A model generated the notes under the pieces. That model was not told the origin of the DNA. It saw only the letters and a list, made by a program, of their open reading frames with translations, and made no database searches. DNA of 64,000 nt. It comes from Eledone cirrhosa. Its lineage: Eukaryota. Shown here one piece after another: positions 37,716-52,686 of the stretch (position 1 is its first letter; each line of letters begins with the position of its first letter). The stretch spans positions 1 through 64,000 of the forward strand of contig CAXHJY010001661.1 in the NCBI GenBank assembly GCA_964016885.1. Direction: 5' to 3'. A program made the position numbers and the translations under genes.

Positions 37716-39998
37716 AAAGCCAAAAAGCAGGCTTTGAAAGTATGGCGGGATAGGGGAAGTAGAGAAGACTATCAAGTGGCCATGAGGGAAGCTAGGAGAC
37801 AAGTGTACTTCGCAAGAAGGGAAGCAGAGGAAACAAAGTTCAAGCATGTTCTACAACGCGAGGACCAAAAACGTGAGGTGTTTAGGATTGCTAGGCAATG
37901 TGTCAAGGATAACAGTGATATTGTCGGAGAGAAGTGTGTCCTTAATGACGCTGATAAGAAGGTAGCTTGGAAGTGTCACTACGAAAGGCTACTAAATGAG
38001 GAGAATAATTGGGAGAAAGACAGTATTCCCCTCATCGATCCAATAGAGGGACCAGCAGTGCTAGTTGAAGGTAGTATAATAAGTAAGGCAATCAAAGATA
38101 TGAAGACGGGTAAGGCGGCTGGCCATTCGGAAATAGTTGCTGAAATGCTGAAAGCATCTGGAATGGTGGGACACACTATGGTCACCCGGATAGTAAACCA
38201 AGTCATACAGAATGGGGTCGTTCCGAAGGACTGGCGTAGTAGCATCATCATTAACTGCTACAAGGGTAAAGGAGATGCCCTAGATAGGGGTAACTATAGA
38301 GGCATTAAATTAATCGACCAGGTCATGAAGGTCACAGAAAAAAGTAATAGCGCAACTAATCAGAGAGCGAATTGATCTAGATGAAATGCAGTTCGGGTTT
38401 GTGTCAGGTAAAAGTACCACAGACACTGTTTTCATTGTACGACAACTACAGGAGAAGTACCTAGCTAAAAGTAAACCCCTATACTTAGCTTTTTTTGACT
38501 TGGAGAAAGCCTTTGACAGAGTCCCCCGCTCCATTATCTGGTGGGCCCTTAGAAAACTAGGTGTTGATGAATGGCTTGTGAGAGCTATACAAGCCATGTA
38601 TAAAGAAACAGTCAGCAAGGTTAGAATTAACAACGAATATAGTGAAGAGTTTAGCGTAAAAGTTGGTGTTCATCAGGGCTCCGTCCTTAGCCCCCTACTA
38701 TTTATTATTGCCCTTCAGGCTATAACAGAGGAGTTCAAGACTGGCTGCCCATGGGAACTCCTATACACAGATGATCTAACGCTCCTAGCTGAATCAATGG
38801 CCGAACTAGAGAAGAAATTCCAAATATGGAAGCATGGCCTAGAATCAAAAGGCCTTAAAATTAACCTGTCTAAGACTAAAGTTCTAGTTTGTAGGAAGGA
38901 AAATAGGGCACCAGTCCCATCTGGGAAATGGCCATGCTCAGTGTGTAGGAAAGGAGTAGACAGAAACTCCATTTTATGTCCCAAATGCAAAGTATGGGTG
39001 CATAAAAGATGTAGTGGGATCACAGGTAAGCTAACTAAGAATATAGATTTTATATGTGGCTGGTGCTCTGATGCAATAAGTAGCAGCAAGTGCCCACAGA
39101 ATACTAACTCATTCCATTGCACAGATGGTTCTATAGAAATAGTGGACACCTTCTGTTACCTGGGTGACAAAATCAGCAGTGGTGGAGGGTGCTCTGAAAG
39201 TACAGTAGCTAGAGTCAGAACAGGATGGAAAAAGTTCAGAGAGCTTATACCACTATTGGCCGCTAAAGGGTTCTCTCTAAAAATGAAAGGCAGGCTGTAT
39301 GATACCTGCATACGAACAGCAATGTTGCATGGCAGTGAGACCTGGGCATTGTGTGCAGAGGATATACGCAGACTGGAGAGGAACGAAGCTTGCATGCTCC
39401 GCTGGATGTGTAATAGTAATATACGTGAACGGCAAAGCATAAATGAACTAAGGGAGAAATTAGGAATAAGAGGGATCAGATCCTGTTTACTCGAGAGAAG
39501 ACTACGTTGGTACGGTCACGTGATGTGCATGAAAGACGACAGCTGTATAAAAAAGTGCAGGGCGATAAAAATAGACAGTAGCCACGGAGTAGGCAGACCC
39601 AGAAAAACCTGGGATGACTTGATAAATTCCAACCTCACACACACCTCTCCAAGACAATGCCACTGGACCGAGATCTTTGGCGCTACACAGTCATACCGAA
39701 GACCCGCCTTGCCTAAGTACAAAGCGAAACCTACAGTCAGTAGGCACCTCTAACAAAAATACACCCCGTGTAGGTGTCACGACAAAAAAACACACAGTCC
39801 ACGCTGTAATGTGGCCGTGTAGGTAACACGGTAAAAACCTCCCATTCCACACTGTAAACGTGGTTGGTGTTAGGAAGGGCAGACAGTCCTATATGAGCAA
39901 GACAACCAATCTTGCCTCAAGTGGGAAAATTCCCATCCAAATCCATGCTAGCGTGGAAGATGGACGTTAAACGACGATGATGATGATGATGATGATGA
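37716..39998 (+). mobile_element. RTE-clade LINE, 5'-truncated, frameshift near 38340 (ORF pieces 37734-38375 and 38386-39753)
   Basis: Highly similar to 16161-18574. The YADD motif reads YTDD. (GAT)n tail. Confidence 0.92.
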
Positions 39999-42900
39999 TT
40001 TGTTAACATCTATCATATTCATATACTTATAAATAAAAGAAAATATTTATTGATGGAATGAAACAAAATTGATTCAAACATGAGGTTATTATTGATGAGT
40101 TTCAGCTATGTCAAATTCTTTATATAATTTACCTTCTATTTCATAAGCATCTAAAAATCTCGAAGTTTCAAAATCAATTAAAAATTATGTTAGAACCGAA
40201 ATTTTCAGTAGATTATATCAGCGAAATACAGATAACATCCAATGTGAAAGTTACATTAAGCTAAATTTTAATTGATCACTTTCAAGATGTAATTGAAGAA
40301 ATATTTGATTATCAAAATATTTATAACATTACAAATAATAGTTTGAAATTAATAAGTTATTATATTAACATTACAGAAGAGGCATTAATAATACTAGAAA
40401 GTCTAGTGTGGAAAAAGCTATTAATTTTTTTTATCGTAATACTGCTCTGTAGCTAGATAATGTATAATACAGTGATTTATGCTTATATACAATCTGACAC
40501 CTGTAACATGATAATTTATATACTATAGACTAGAGTGAAGACTCTGAAGTGTAATAAATATAAAAGCCTTACAAGTATTACATACATTAGTAGTCATCAG
40601 TCTTTTAGCTTTTAATAAGTTAGAAAAGCTCTTGTTGAAATGTTTTAGTCCAGAATTAGAATGGTATTTAACCCTTTAATACCAAATTGCCTGAAACCAC
40701 CCATGATTCTATGACACAAAACTGTTTGTTTTAAAGTGTTTATATTAATCTAAGCCCCTTCCATCATAATCCTTTGTAAGAACATTTGTTGAATTATATT
40801 CTAAACATTAACTTGTTGGTAAGAAAGTTATATTACTAAACTGCTTCAAATTCATGATTATCTTTTTTTTCACCCATTTATACTTTCCAGCTGGTCTTGT
40901 TTCCAATTGATGCAGTTGGATCCCCAAGCAGACCAGCTGACCTCATGAATGTTATCCAGCCATCTTGCTTGGGGTATTGATTATTTTAAAAAAAAGTGAA
41001 AATAGTAACCAGTGTCTTTCATTAGAAATATGGTAATGAAAGAAGTAATACTCTTTAGTTAGTGAACTTTCTACCAGTGAGTTTGAATATATGATTTGAT
41101 TTGTAAAATACATACTGCTTTAGCATACATGGTGAGGCTTGGAAAAACATTTGTTTTTAAATGTCTGATTTTTTAACATATCAAGAAAGTTCACATAAAA
41201 CGGAGTTTAAATGTGCCTCTTTCACTCACCATACAGTTCTTCAACCTACTAGAAATAGCAGGTAATTCTCCTTCAAATCATAACCTACCATCCTAAATTA
41301 AAAAGGATACACATAGATTTATTTGATCTGAACTAACTTGAGATTAAATAACAATAACACTTTTTTTATTATTAATTCATGAATAATGGAATGTTGTGTT
41401 GTTTTACTCTTGTCTCCTGATGCATTGAATTCAGGATAATGAGAAGTTGATATTTTTGCCACAAACAACTTCTGATCAAATTATTTTTTCACAAGAATTC
41501 TGTTACAGACACCACTTGAAAAAAATTATCTATTTTCATGTTGCTGCTTTTATCCAGGTCACATCTTTATGAAGCAGGCCTATGATCAAAGGCATTCTAG
41601 CCATAACCATTGCAATGTTTCTTTCATACAATGTTTATACAGGATAATATTATTCAACGTGTTATTATTCATTTAGAGGAAAAATAGAATATTAGCTAAA
41701 AACATTTAGCTGCTGTTTCTAGCAGCATCTGACATGTGATACCGTTTATAGGCTCCTTAATTGGCTTATCTATAGACACCATCCACCTTTATGATACATT
41801 TAATAACTCTGATGAATATTAAAAGATTTTTCTTTTTAATCATGTGAGTATTAATGTTTATTAAGCCAGCAGATGTGTCTGAATAATTGTCTGATTAAAG
41901 CATAGTAATTCTACATTAATACTGTCCTCCATTCTTTTTTAGTGGAGGTTTGGAGAAATAGAATGTAGATTAATAGACTATCTCATTATCAGTTTAGATG
42001 AACTTCTTATTTCAGATAGAAAATGAAGCATATTGATTTGTATACATATATTTGAGTGTTTGTATTGACTGAAAAAGAGCAACATATAATTATAGTGTTG
42101 AACTAAATGGGAAATAGCACCAGATTTACATAATTTTAGCTGTAGAACACTTTCCAAAAGTTATTATAAACCATCCAATATCAGTGTGTGGTGAGCAATC
42201 TACTACTATGCTAATAATATCTATTTTATATGTGATTTACATGGAAAATGAAACCAAATCAATAATCTGAAAATTGCAATAAAAATGAAAAATAAATTAG
42301 AATTTATTTGAATATTTCAGTAGATATTATTTTGATAATTAACACTTAAATAGGTATCAGAAATATTTGACTGTGTGGAATGTTTGATAAACATTCCAAA
42401 CGTAGAATTTATGATATATTTGCCACATAATTCCTTTTCTTTTGTTGATGTCCTTTTCTCCGAGCAGACTCTTCAGGCTCCAAGATATTTGAAATTTTCA
42501 ATAACTTTTAACTGCTCTACGGTTTTTCATATGGTTGCAAGCCATGGACATCACACCAAAGCTTGAAAATGTATTGCTGTATGCTATGGATGGTTGTTAA
42601 CATCACTTGGAATAGCCACACCCAATACAGAACTTTATAATGATCTGCCAAAGTTAACAGAAAAGATATCTCAGGAAAAATTACAATCAGCATGTCCTAA
42701 GATCTAGTGCTATAGCAATCAACTCATATATGGTTTAGCTGCAAGAGTCTATGCACCAACTTCATTGATATATATGAAAAAGATTATCAATAGGAGATTT
42801 TATCAAATATATGAGCAGTAAGCGTAAAACGAAACATTTGGCATGGGTATATTTCCCTGGTTTGGTACAAAGATTAGCTGAGATGAAATGACATGATGCT

Positions 42901-45122
42901 TAGAGAGTAGAGAGGAAGTAGTGCTGCAAAATTCTTTCTTTGATGTATCTAGTGGTTGTTTATTTTGAAGATGATGTTGTCTCATGAGAGAATATGTTTT
43001 TGATTTGAAATGTATTATTAGCTATGAACCTGTATATTTATTAGAATGATTTATAGTAAAGTGCATAAAATTTTGGGCAAGTTGTTAACTTCTGCAAAAT
43101 GGTTACTACATTCCATTTATTATACACATACGTCTAACCCATGCTAGCATGGAAGATGGACGTTAAATGAAGATGATGATCATTCATAATTTTGTTGAGT
43201 AGAATCAGATTTGCCGAGAATGAAAACATGTCCTTGATCAACTCTAATTTTACATTGTATGCATTGGGGTTATGTCATTTGCTTACTGTTTTTATATTTT
43301 AAACATCAATACATGAAGTCATTTGTCTACGAAATACTTGGATTATCTTAGTTTATTGCGGTTTATCAACTCTCAATATGAGACCCTACCATATTTAAAT
43401 ACCAGCTTTCAGTAATTTCACTTTTTTCCTGCTGCCAATGCATTTGAGAAAGTATAGAGTATCATATTCTTCCAATGTTAAAATATGAAGGAAATGGGAA
43501 AACAAGATATTTGTGTCTTATCAAAAATAAATTGATAATAATATTGAATTTAAACCTAGATACTGCTAAATGATCTTTAAAATTTTGAAAACTTAAAAGA
43601 TTCTTACAAAATAATTCAACTTCAAAGCTTAGTCAATAAATCATTGATATTGATAGAACTTTTAAATTCTCAAGGCTAAAATATGATTTATGACTTTCTT
43701 TTGAATAAGGTTAGCAATTTTAAACTGTTTATGCAATAATTGATTGAAAATAGAATTAAGGAAATCAATTTTCTATAGCAGAAAAAAAATTCTGAAACAA
43801 TTTGAAGATAAAAGAATAAATAATGAAAATATATCTAATGAAGAATTAATTAACAAGAATCCCAAAACCTAAAATGTAACAATCTTTCTACAAGCTAAAT
43901 TAATCTTTTAAATGCTCCCTTCTTGTTCACAATCATTGAAAATAATTCCCATTGAAATGAAAAGAAAAATGTTAAAATAACCCGAAATTTACATATTACT
44001 TTTTGGAGTATTGATTTAAAAAATATAAACTTGATGACAAAAATACCTTGGTGATTTAACATAGTTATTAAAGGATATATTGAGAACACATATCACCTGA
44101 ACTCTCTCAGTCAACAATTATTTTCAATGATCCAATATTTTTCTTCTTCATCAGATCTCATTTGTAGAATTGGATTACATACTTATCATTTAAATTAAAT
44201 CAGAAGCCTTCGCTTAAGTTGTAAAGCATTCTTTTCTTGGAATTTACCTTCTATTAGAAGCATTTCTATATTCATTTTAATAATATTTAATTCCATCATA
44301 TACAGCTGCTCACCAAGCAGACTGTTGATTCATTGCTATTTCTCTGAAGAACACAAGTTGATGACAGGCTCTTAGAAAGTAGTATTTACTTCATATTTCT
44401 TTAATTTTACTGTATGTAAAACTTTTTCCAAATCAAAGATGGGCATGCAGGGTTTATTTCTGAATTCTTTTGTCTGGTGATTCTTAAACATTGTTCTATC
44501 AACCATAACAGAAATTTATAAACGATCATTTAAATACAATATATATAATTGAGTTGTAGTATACACTAGTATATCTTGAAATTTTTTAATTTGACATTGA
44601 AAAATTTTATAAAAATCACATCAATGATATTGCTTCTGTATTTTGATGTAACTGTTATTGACAGTTCATTCCATACATCGATACAAAGTATTTGTATTAA
44701 AAGAAAAAAACTTTAAATTGTAATAGGTTGTTTCTGTTGTTAAAACACATATACAATGGCATGTAAAATTTAAAAATTCAATTTCTTGATTGGTTTCAAT
44801 TGGCCAGGGAATGGTGACTACCAAAATATAGGAATATATTATATATTCTCTTTTTTATTGTGAATCTGATTTTGATAGAATGGTTTCCCCACTATAGAAA
44901 GCAGCTAATTTAACTGAATTCCTAAAGTACTATTATTTGAGTAATGCACACATAAATGGTGTTATCTTCATGAATTCCAGAGTAAATATGTCAAATTTGT
45001 TCTCTCAAATTTATTGTTGTTTCATATAAACATTTAGTTGCTTGCATTTAAAATAATTTTTACAGTTTGTATCAAATATGAACTTTTTCTTATAAAGAAA
45101 CATAATTATCATAAGCAAATGA

Positions 45123-45310
45123 TAGTGGATTGGCAGTATTGGTAGAGGGTCGGACGCCATGCTTTCTAGCATAGTTACGTCCCTTTATGGTCTGAGTTCA
45201 AATCCCGCCGAGGTTAACTTTGCCTTTCATCCTTACGTGGTCGATAAAATAAAGTACCAGTAATGCACTGGTAATTACTGGCCTTGTGCCTAACGTAGAA
45301 ACAATAATTA
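45123..45310 (+). mobile_element. tRNA-derived SINE
   Basis: Matches 24704-24895. Confidence 0.88.
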
Positions 45311-47612
45311 TCCTAAGCAGTTTACTGCTGTTTTGTCAGTATATGAACTTAAAACCATGCAGAGACAAATTGGATATAACAGTTAAATTGGCTCCTAATG
45401 ATATATCATTCATTCTTTACTTGCTCCCATGTCACTCATGCAGTTTGTCAAGAATCATTTTAAATTATATACATATATTATCAATTTGAAGCAAAATCCT
45501 TTATGTAATATTTTTCAGAGTAAATAAATAAGATTTCTTAACGCTTATGTGTACATTGAAAGTATTTCTAACACAAGCTATCAAACCTAAAATTTAAGTA
45601 TTCTGAGAAATATATATTCAAGGATATATTTAAAATGTTTCATCTCTTAAAAAGTAATGTTCCAGTAATATAATATAAAGAGAGATCCTGCAAAGAGAAT
45701 ATTTAATCATCAAGGAATTTATTATTCAACTTTAATAATATGTGACAAAATGCTATGTATCATATTTACCCAAACCTTCTAGATACACCTTTCAGTATCT
45801 CTATGTATCATTCAAAATACCTCAGACTAATCATTTGCTTCACCTTTTCTCCTTATAACTGCACCCTTCTTGAATTTCTTTCCAGACTAATTCTAATTTC
45901 TCACAGACATAAATTTACAGATGCTTAAAGTAAATATCTTCTGCCTTGATCTCATCTGAATCAGTTTGCATAGGACACTGCTACTTCTCCAATTAAATAA
46001 CCCGAAAAATGATTTCATATGGACAAAATATATTGCATTGAAACAGTTGAAGAACTTAGGAAAGCTTATTTCATAAAGAGCATAAAATTATATTCTGATA
46101 TTAATTCTAATGTTCAGAGTTTTATAATCAACAGTGAACTTCTTATGGGAGTACTAGAAATACTTTAAGAACTGAGTTTTTGCATAATTTAGTTAGCATT
46201 GCAGAATCATTCAAACCATAGAACTATCTACTATAATACATATTTTATATAAGTGTACTTGATATCATGCACAGTAACAATCATATTGTGCACCATTCCT
46301 GCAGATAAAGCTTAGATAAGCTAGCAGGAAACATGAACTAGTGTAACAGGCAGTTTAATCAACCAACATCTAAGCAATATAATCATATTTCATTGAATGA
46401 AAGGCAGCATAGAAGAACATAATATGCGAGGAACTAACTCATACTTTTAATTGCAATGACAAGCTAAACTTTTAAGATAGTTTTAAGAAATGACCATATT
46501 CAACATTAAGAACCAACTTCCATAAAAGGACTACTAAATAAGTAGCATTCCAGTATGTTTGTACTAAAGATATACCATAAACAAACTGAAAGATTCTTCT
46601 ATAGAAAATCTAGTGCAAACAACTTTGTTCCAAAAATGTAATGTATACAAAATAATGTGTTGAAATAGTTGCAATATACTCATTGTTTTAACCTATACAC
46701 ATTTCATTAAATGCATCTTCTATTAGACTTTACAAAACTTGGTTATGGTACCAATCAGCTTTTCTAATCATTAGTACATTCTTAATTGTTAATATACATT
46801 TGATTTCTTATATAATGTTTTAGCATTGATACCTTGAAGGTAGCATTCTTTGTATTAAGTAATCTGATTACACAAAAGAATCTTAGATGGTGTCTTTCCA
46901 TCTCTCTTTAATGTTCCTAAAACTTTCAAATATTACTGGTTATTCTTTGTTCTATACTACCAGTGTAATTACTGTATTCTATGTGTATATATTTTCATGT
47001 TATTAGAATTCCTTTATGTTAGTTACATTAGATAATGTGCATTTATGCTACTAGAGCCTGCAGATACATGTATTCTGTTGTTAGTCTTTTCAAAACTACT
47101 CAAAAAGTTATTTTAGTTGTAGTATTATTATATATATTGTGTCCTGCCTGTCTTCATATTTTACACGTTTTTTTGTATATTTATGTAATTTCTGGTCCAT
47201 TAAAACGTTGATTGGGAAATGTTTTAGGTACATTTTCAAATAGCTTTTAAAATTCACAATAGATTCAAGGAACACAAAATTTAATAAGTTTATCTCTCAT
47301 AATCAAGAGGGTGTTCCATTCCTGTCTTGAGTAAAATGTTGTATTTACCTTTATCGCCATAGTTATCATAATTTAACACCTGCTTTTCCATGCTTGCATA
47401 GCTGGAAAAGGGACAACATAAACCAAGTCAGTAATTAATTGGAGCCACTGATCTTTCAGATGCACTGGCAACCTGCATCTTGCTTACTTGAGTAAAAACA
47501 GATTACAGAATGTACAGGGTACATTTTACCGTGGCACCATCACTAGTGAGGATGTTATACTTTTGACACAATTGATAGGTCCTCCTAGTCTTTTGTTTGG
47601 CATTATTCCTAC

Positions 47613-47801
47613 AGCGGTGGATTGGCAGTATCGGTAGAGGATTGGACGCCATGCTTTCCAGCATAGTTACGTCCCTTTACGATCTGAGTTCATATCCCGC
47701 CGAGGTTGACTTTGTATTTCATCCTTACGAGGTCTATAAAATAAAGTACCAGTAATGCACTGGGTAATTGCTGGCCTTGTGCCTAAAGTAGAAACAATTA
47801 T
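47613..47801 (+). mobile_element. tRNA-derived SINE
   Basis: Matches 24704-24895. Confidence 0.88.
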
Positions 47802-48881
47802 TTCTACAGCTGGAGGCTCTTCCTAACACTAATCACTTTACAGAGTGTACATGATGCATTTCTCATGCCACCATCACTAGAACTAGAGATGTTGTTCCTT
47901 CAATCCTTCTGGCACTGTTCCTACGTCTGGAAGTCCTTCTTAACACCAATGACTTTATGAAGTGCACTAGGTGCATTTGTATGTGTAACCAGTACTGTGA
48001 GAAGGAGGAGGAGGGATGATCTTTGACCTTGGAAAGCCATGTTTCAGGAGTGAGAAGAGGGATAAAAAGGGTAGCAAGTAAGTGTTCATGGAAGTATAAG
48101 GAAAGATGACAAATATTATGTTTTCATGACAATTATGATGGGATTTGGCATAGTAAAACTTTGGTGAGTAACTATCTAAGATAGAGTGAGGGGTACAGTG
48201 ATGATGACCACCATTACTAAAGAAATAATAGAAGTGTGATGGGATTTAACATGGTAAGTCAGTAGGAGTATGAGAGTGATCTCAGATACAGTAGGGAGTA
48301 TAGTGATGATGTAAATAGTTAGTTAAGAGGGATGAGGTGAGCAGTTAGAATATGTAAGGATGAGAGCAGGCTATGTCGCAACTGCACAAAAGATGCATTA
48401 GATGGAGGGAATAGTGGTTTTTATAGAGCGATATGGTGTTTTTATTGGTGGCTCTTCTTCCATAGCCGATGTTTCTAGTCATCAGGATCATTTATCAGCT
48501 CTGTTATGAGATTCAGCTTCATAAATTTAACTTTCAGTACTTCATCAGATGTCCTCCTAAGTTTAATCCTCCCACAAGTCCAAACTACTAAGCATGTTCT
48601 GCGTTTTCTGTAGCTCTTATCTTCCATATGTGTCACATGTCCATATCACCACTGTCTTCTCTCCTGCACACCACATCAAATTCCTCATTTATATCTCTGC
48701 TCACTTATGCTACATCTTTCATACATTACACATCTGACTAAGCATACTCACTTTATTTATTTATTGCCATTGCAGATGTTCTACACTTATCTCTTTATAT
48801 AGCTTTAAGGATATATTAATACTCAAAATGGTTATCAGCTACTTATCAAGCAGAGGTTACTGTATATAGGTTATTATATAT

Positions 48882-49232
48882 GACTGTGACATTCAACTCA
48901 TGCCAGCATGGAAGGTGAGTACAAAATGATAATGATGATTGTAATAAGAAATATATAATTGTTTCTACTTTTCGCACAAGGCCAGCAATTATCCCAGTGC
49001 AATACTGGTACTTTATTTTATCGACCCCTTAAGGATGAAAGGCAAAGTTAATCCCGCCGAGGTTAACTTTGCTTTTCATCCTTACGGGGTCGATAAAATA
49101 AAGTACCAGTAATACACTGGGATAATTGCTGGCCTTGTGCCAAAAGTAGAAACAATTATATGTTTCTTATTACAATCATCATTATCATTTTGTACTCACT
49201 TTCCATGCTGGCATGAGTTGAATGTCACAGTC
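48882..49232. repeat. Foldback palindrome centred inside a SINE 3' half and including flanking sequence
   Basis: gactgtgacattcaactcatgccagcatgg... pairs with ...ccatgctggcatgagttgaatgtcacagtc; centre near 49055. Confidence 0.9.
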
Positions 49233-49767
49233 CAAGCTGATTCTTAATCAGGCATACAACATCTGTGCTGTGTTTAATTGTATAGAATTATTTTATTTAA
49301 TCAAATTCCACAAATTGATAACTTTTATTTCTATATAAAGTAGATTTTGTGCTAACATTCAAAAATTGTTTTCGAGATATTGAAATCCAGTCTTAAAACA
49401 GAATTAACATTAAGCACTGGAATGAATTACATACATAAAGTCAGTCTGATATTCTTCCTTTAATGAATATGCTAATACCTCAGAAGCAGAGAAAGTTATT
49501 ATATGAATTTTCATTTTACTGTATGTTCAATTATAGATATTAAAAAAGGTTAAATGTTTGTGAATTCTATTCACTGGGAGAATAAATAATTAGTTGATTG
49601 GCTTTTCATGATCAGCAGTATTCATCCTCATCTCATCAGAACTATTCCCCCAAGAGAGAGGGAAGTTGCAACTGTGATATTTATATCTTCCACAAGAGCA
49701 TTAGCTTCTATCCCTAGATTCAATTCAATGATACTGTGTGACACTCACTGCACAAATAAATATTTAA

Positions 49768-50164
49768 TAATGGTTTCTACTTTTGGCACAAGGCCAGTAA
49801 TTATACCAGTGCATTACTGGTACTTTATTTTATCGACCTCCGTAAGGATGAAAGGCAAACTTAACCTCAGCAGGATTTGAACTCAGATCATAAAGGGCCA
49901 TAACTCTATGCAGCAAAGCATGGCGTCCGACCCTCTACCGATACTGCCAATCCACCGCCAATAAATAAATATTTAATAATTGTTTCTACTTTAGGCACAA
50001 GGCCAGCAATTACCCAGTTCATTACTGTTACTTTATTTTATCGACCCTGTAAGGATGAAAGGCAAAGTTAACCTTGGCGGGATTTGAACTCAGATCGTAA
50101 AGGGACGTAACTATGCTGGAAAGCATGGCGTCTGACCCTCTACCGATACTGCCAATCCACCGCC
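49768..50164 (-). mobile_element. Two tandem tRNA-derived SINE copies
   Basis: Reverse complements of 24704-24895 at ~49768-49960 and ~49976-50164, separated and flanked by aataaatatttaataat. Confidence 0.88.
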
Positions 50165-50479
50165 CTTAAATAAATATTTAATAATATTACTTGATCATAT
50201 GTTCCCATCAAATAAGTGTAACTTTTGCTTATGATATTTATGTGAACATTGTTTTCTCTCAGCAGAAAGGTTTAATTTATATAAGTCAGATTATTGACAA
50301 GGTTGCTTTGAAACCAGGCCTGAGCCACCTTGTGCATTGGCCACTCACGATATGCTCATCATAAGGTGTGTCACGCTATTAAAAGATAGTTGATAATAAA
50401 GTTTCATTTAGCGCCATTTAGAACACAGAATAGGCTGCTAAAGTTTGCTCACAACTGTTCTAAACAGAGGCTAATAGTG

Positions 50480-51050
50480 GCAACGAATTGATCTAACAGT
50501 TTTGTGCACAGGTAGGTGTGCCTCAGAGTTCTATCATTAGTCCCCTTTCTTCATTACAATTCTCGAGAAAATGTGTAATTATTCAGAACTGGGTGTCCTT
50601 AGGAATTTTCATTGGCTGAGGATGACCTGGTTTTCATTGCAGAATCAATTAAAAAGATGCAAAGAAATATTTAAATATACAAGGATAATCCAGAGTGTAA
50701 TGATAAAAGAGTCAACACAGCAAAGTGCAAATTATACTTAGTAGCAGACTGTTCTAAAATGTCAGTTCCATCTGGAACTGGATAGCCAGCAAATTGATAT
50801 TGCTAACACTGGTTACAAAATATACATTGCAATCTCTGATAGACTTACGAAGAACCAAGATTTAAACATACTAAAATCGGTTATATTTCATGTAAAAACT
50901 GGACAGACTGAAGGAAGAGAATTAACAAGTATGATGCTGCTTGGTCTTAAGGCATGGATAGAAAAAGATTGGTGAATGCTGAAGTGTATGATAAGTATGA
51001 TTCCTTGGATGAATAATATTAACCTGAATGAGAGACAAAGTATTGATCAA
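50480..51050 (+). pseudogene. Heavily decayed RTE RT remnant
   Basis: gtaggtgtgcctcagagttctatcattagtcccctt and ttcagaactgggtgtcct..gatgacctgg align with the GVHQGSVLSP..FKTGCPW..DDL region. Confidence 0.55.
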
Positions 51051-51531
51051 TCTAACATATGTCAGTGTAGTAAAATAAGCCAGATAATGATGACAAGGAG
51101 TTAAAACTAATCACATTAATATCAGATCATGTCATAGAAAAGCTGTAAATTTTACTTGAAGAGAATATTTTGCCAAACACCGTGAAGTGAGATAATACTC
51201 TATGCTAACATGAAAATATGAATATGTTCTGATAACTTTGGAAAAATACCAGTCATTTAGATTTTATTATGTTATTTTCATTGATATTATACACAGTCTA
51301 GGCTGCAAAGTCAAGGAGTTTACTTAACCATGTGGTTTGGGGTTCAGTCTCTCAGTCAGTCATCTACTATAGCTTTGGGTTGATCAATGCCTTGTCAGGG
51401 AAATTTAGAAGGCGGAAACTATATAGAAGCTCTTCATATATGTATAAATATGTGAGTTTACTTTTACTGGGATTTTTATGTCCTGTAATTAGCATTTCAA
51501 CAAAAGAATAAGTACCATACTTGAAGAAACA

Positions 51532-51712
51532 TAAGAGGGTCAACTAAAAAGTTCATAGGCTGACCGAGATACTCTCATGGAGCAACCAAATGAGGTTTAT
51601 TTTCCAACATAGTCCCTGGAAGGAAACAATTCGTTTAAGAAGAGTTGAAATTAAAGCATACAAGATTTCACAGCTCTAGCATCACTCCTTCATAGTCAGC
51701 CTATGAACCTTC
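51532..51712. mobile_element. MITE-like remnant with mariner-style terminus
   Basis: gagggtcaactaaaaagttcataggctgac ... gtcagcctatgaac inverted repeat. Confidence 0.45.
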
Positions 51713-52379
51713 GAAAGTAACATGATACATATGACTTACTAACTTCAGCATGGTAGCAAGCTGACTGGACTATTAAAATAATAATAGGCTAAAGAGTTTC
51801 AAAGTATTTAATTTAATTATTAAATTGTACTTATCATGTAGGCTTTTGCATAGTTCTATATTTCAAATTGCATTAAAAATTTTAGTATGTTGAATAAAGT
51901 GATCAATTAAACATAACCAAAGAGAAAAATATATTAGATGTCCCAGATTCAAGACTTATTAAATATCAATATAATGCTACAAACTGCTTTACTTACAGAC
52001 TAATTGTTATACTATAAGTATTATAATCAGAATATCTTATATTGTAATATTCATAATCTAGTGGCCATAATGTTTTTTTGATATGATAATATCATTAACT
52101 TTTGCTGCAATAAACACAGTCTTGTATATATGTAGTTTCTCATTTGTAAAGAAAATGTTCTAGATGTTTATTGATTATGTATTATATAATCGACTAAAAT
52201 ACTTGGAGATATTTCCTGATTGAAATCTCATGTTACTGTAATTATTTTATGGTCTGTTATTTTACTTTCTCTTGGTGGATGTTTTAGAAACCATCTGATT
52301 AACAAAATGCATCATGTTAAACAATAAAACAAGAGATGTTATCTAAATGCAGCTCCCATCCATTTTTTTATGTCACCAA

Positions 52380-52686
52380 TGTAACGCTCACATCTGGGTC
52401 ACCAATGTGACGGGACCAGTAATGTGAAATCAGTTATGAGCCAGTGCTCGGCCAACACTATCCTTGTGGCTTCGGCATAGGAGTTCAATGTATTGACATC
52501 TGTGTGATCTCATGGTCCAAAGGCTGTCTGCTGTTTCGTGGTACAAAGGCCGTCTGCTGTTTGCTGTCTCCGTGGCTTGTCTGAGAAAGTAATACTGCTG
52601 CTTACTTAAATAGTGTTCTCAACCAGAGGGAGACAACTAGGCCTGGTCCATTATCCGACAGGGGGGGCGTAAGGCATCTTACTACA
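52380..52686. mobile_element. Possible solo LTR
   Basis: GC-richer ~307-bp island bounded by TGTA...TACA with an internal short duplication. No clear target-site duplication. Confidence 0.35.
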
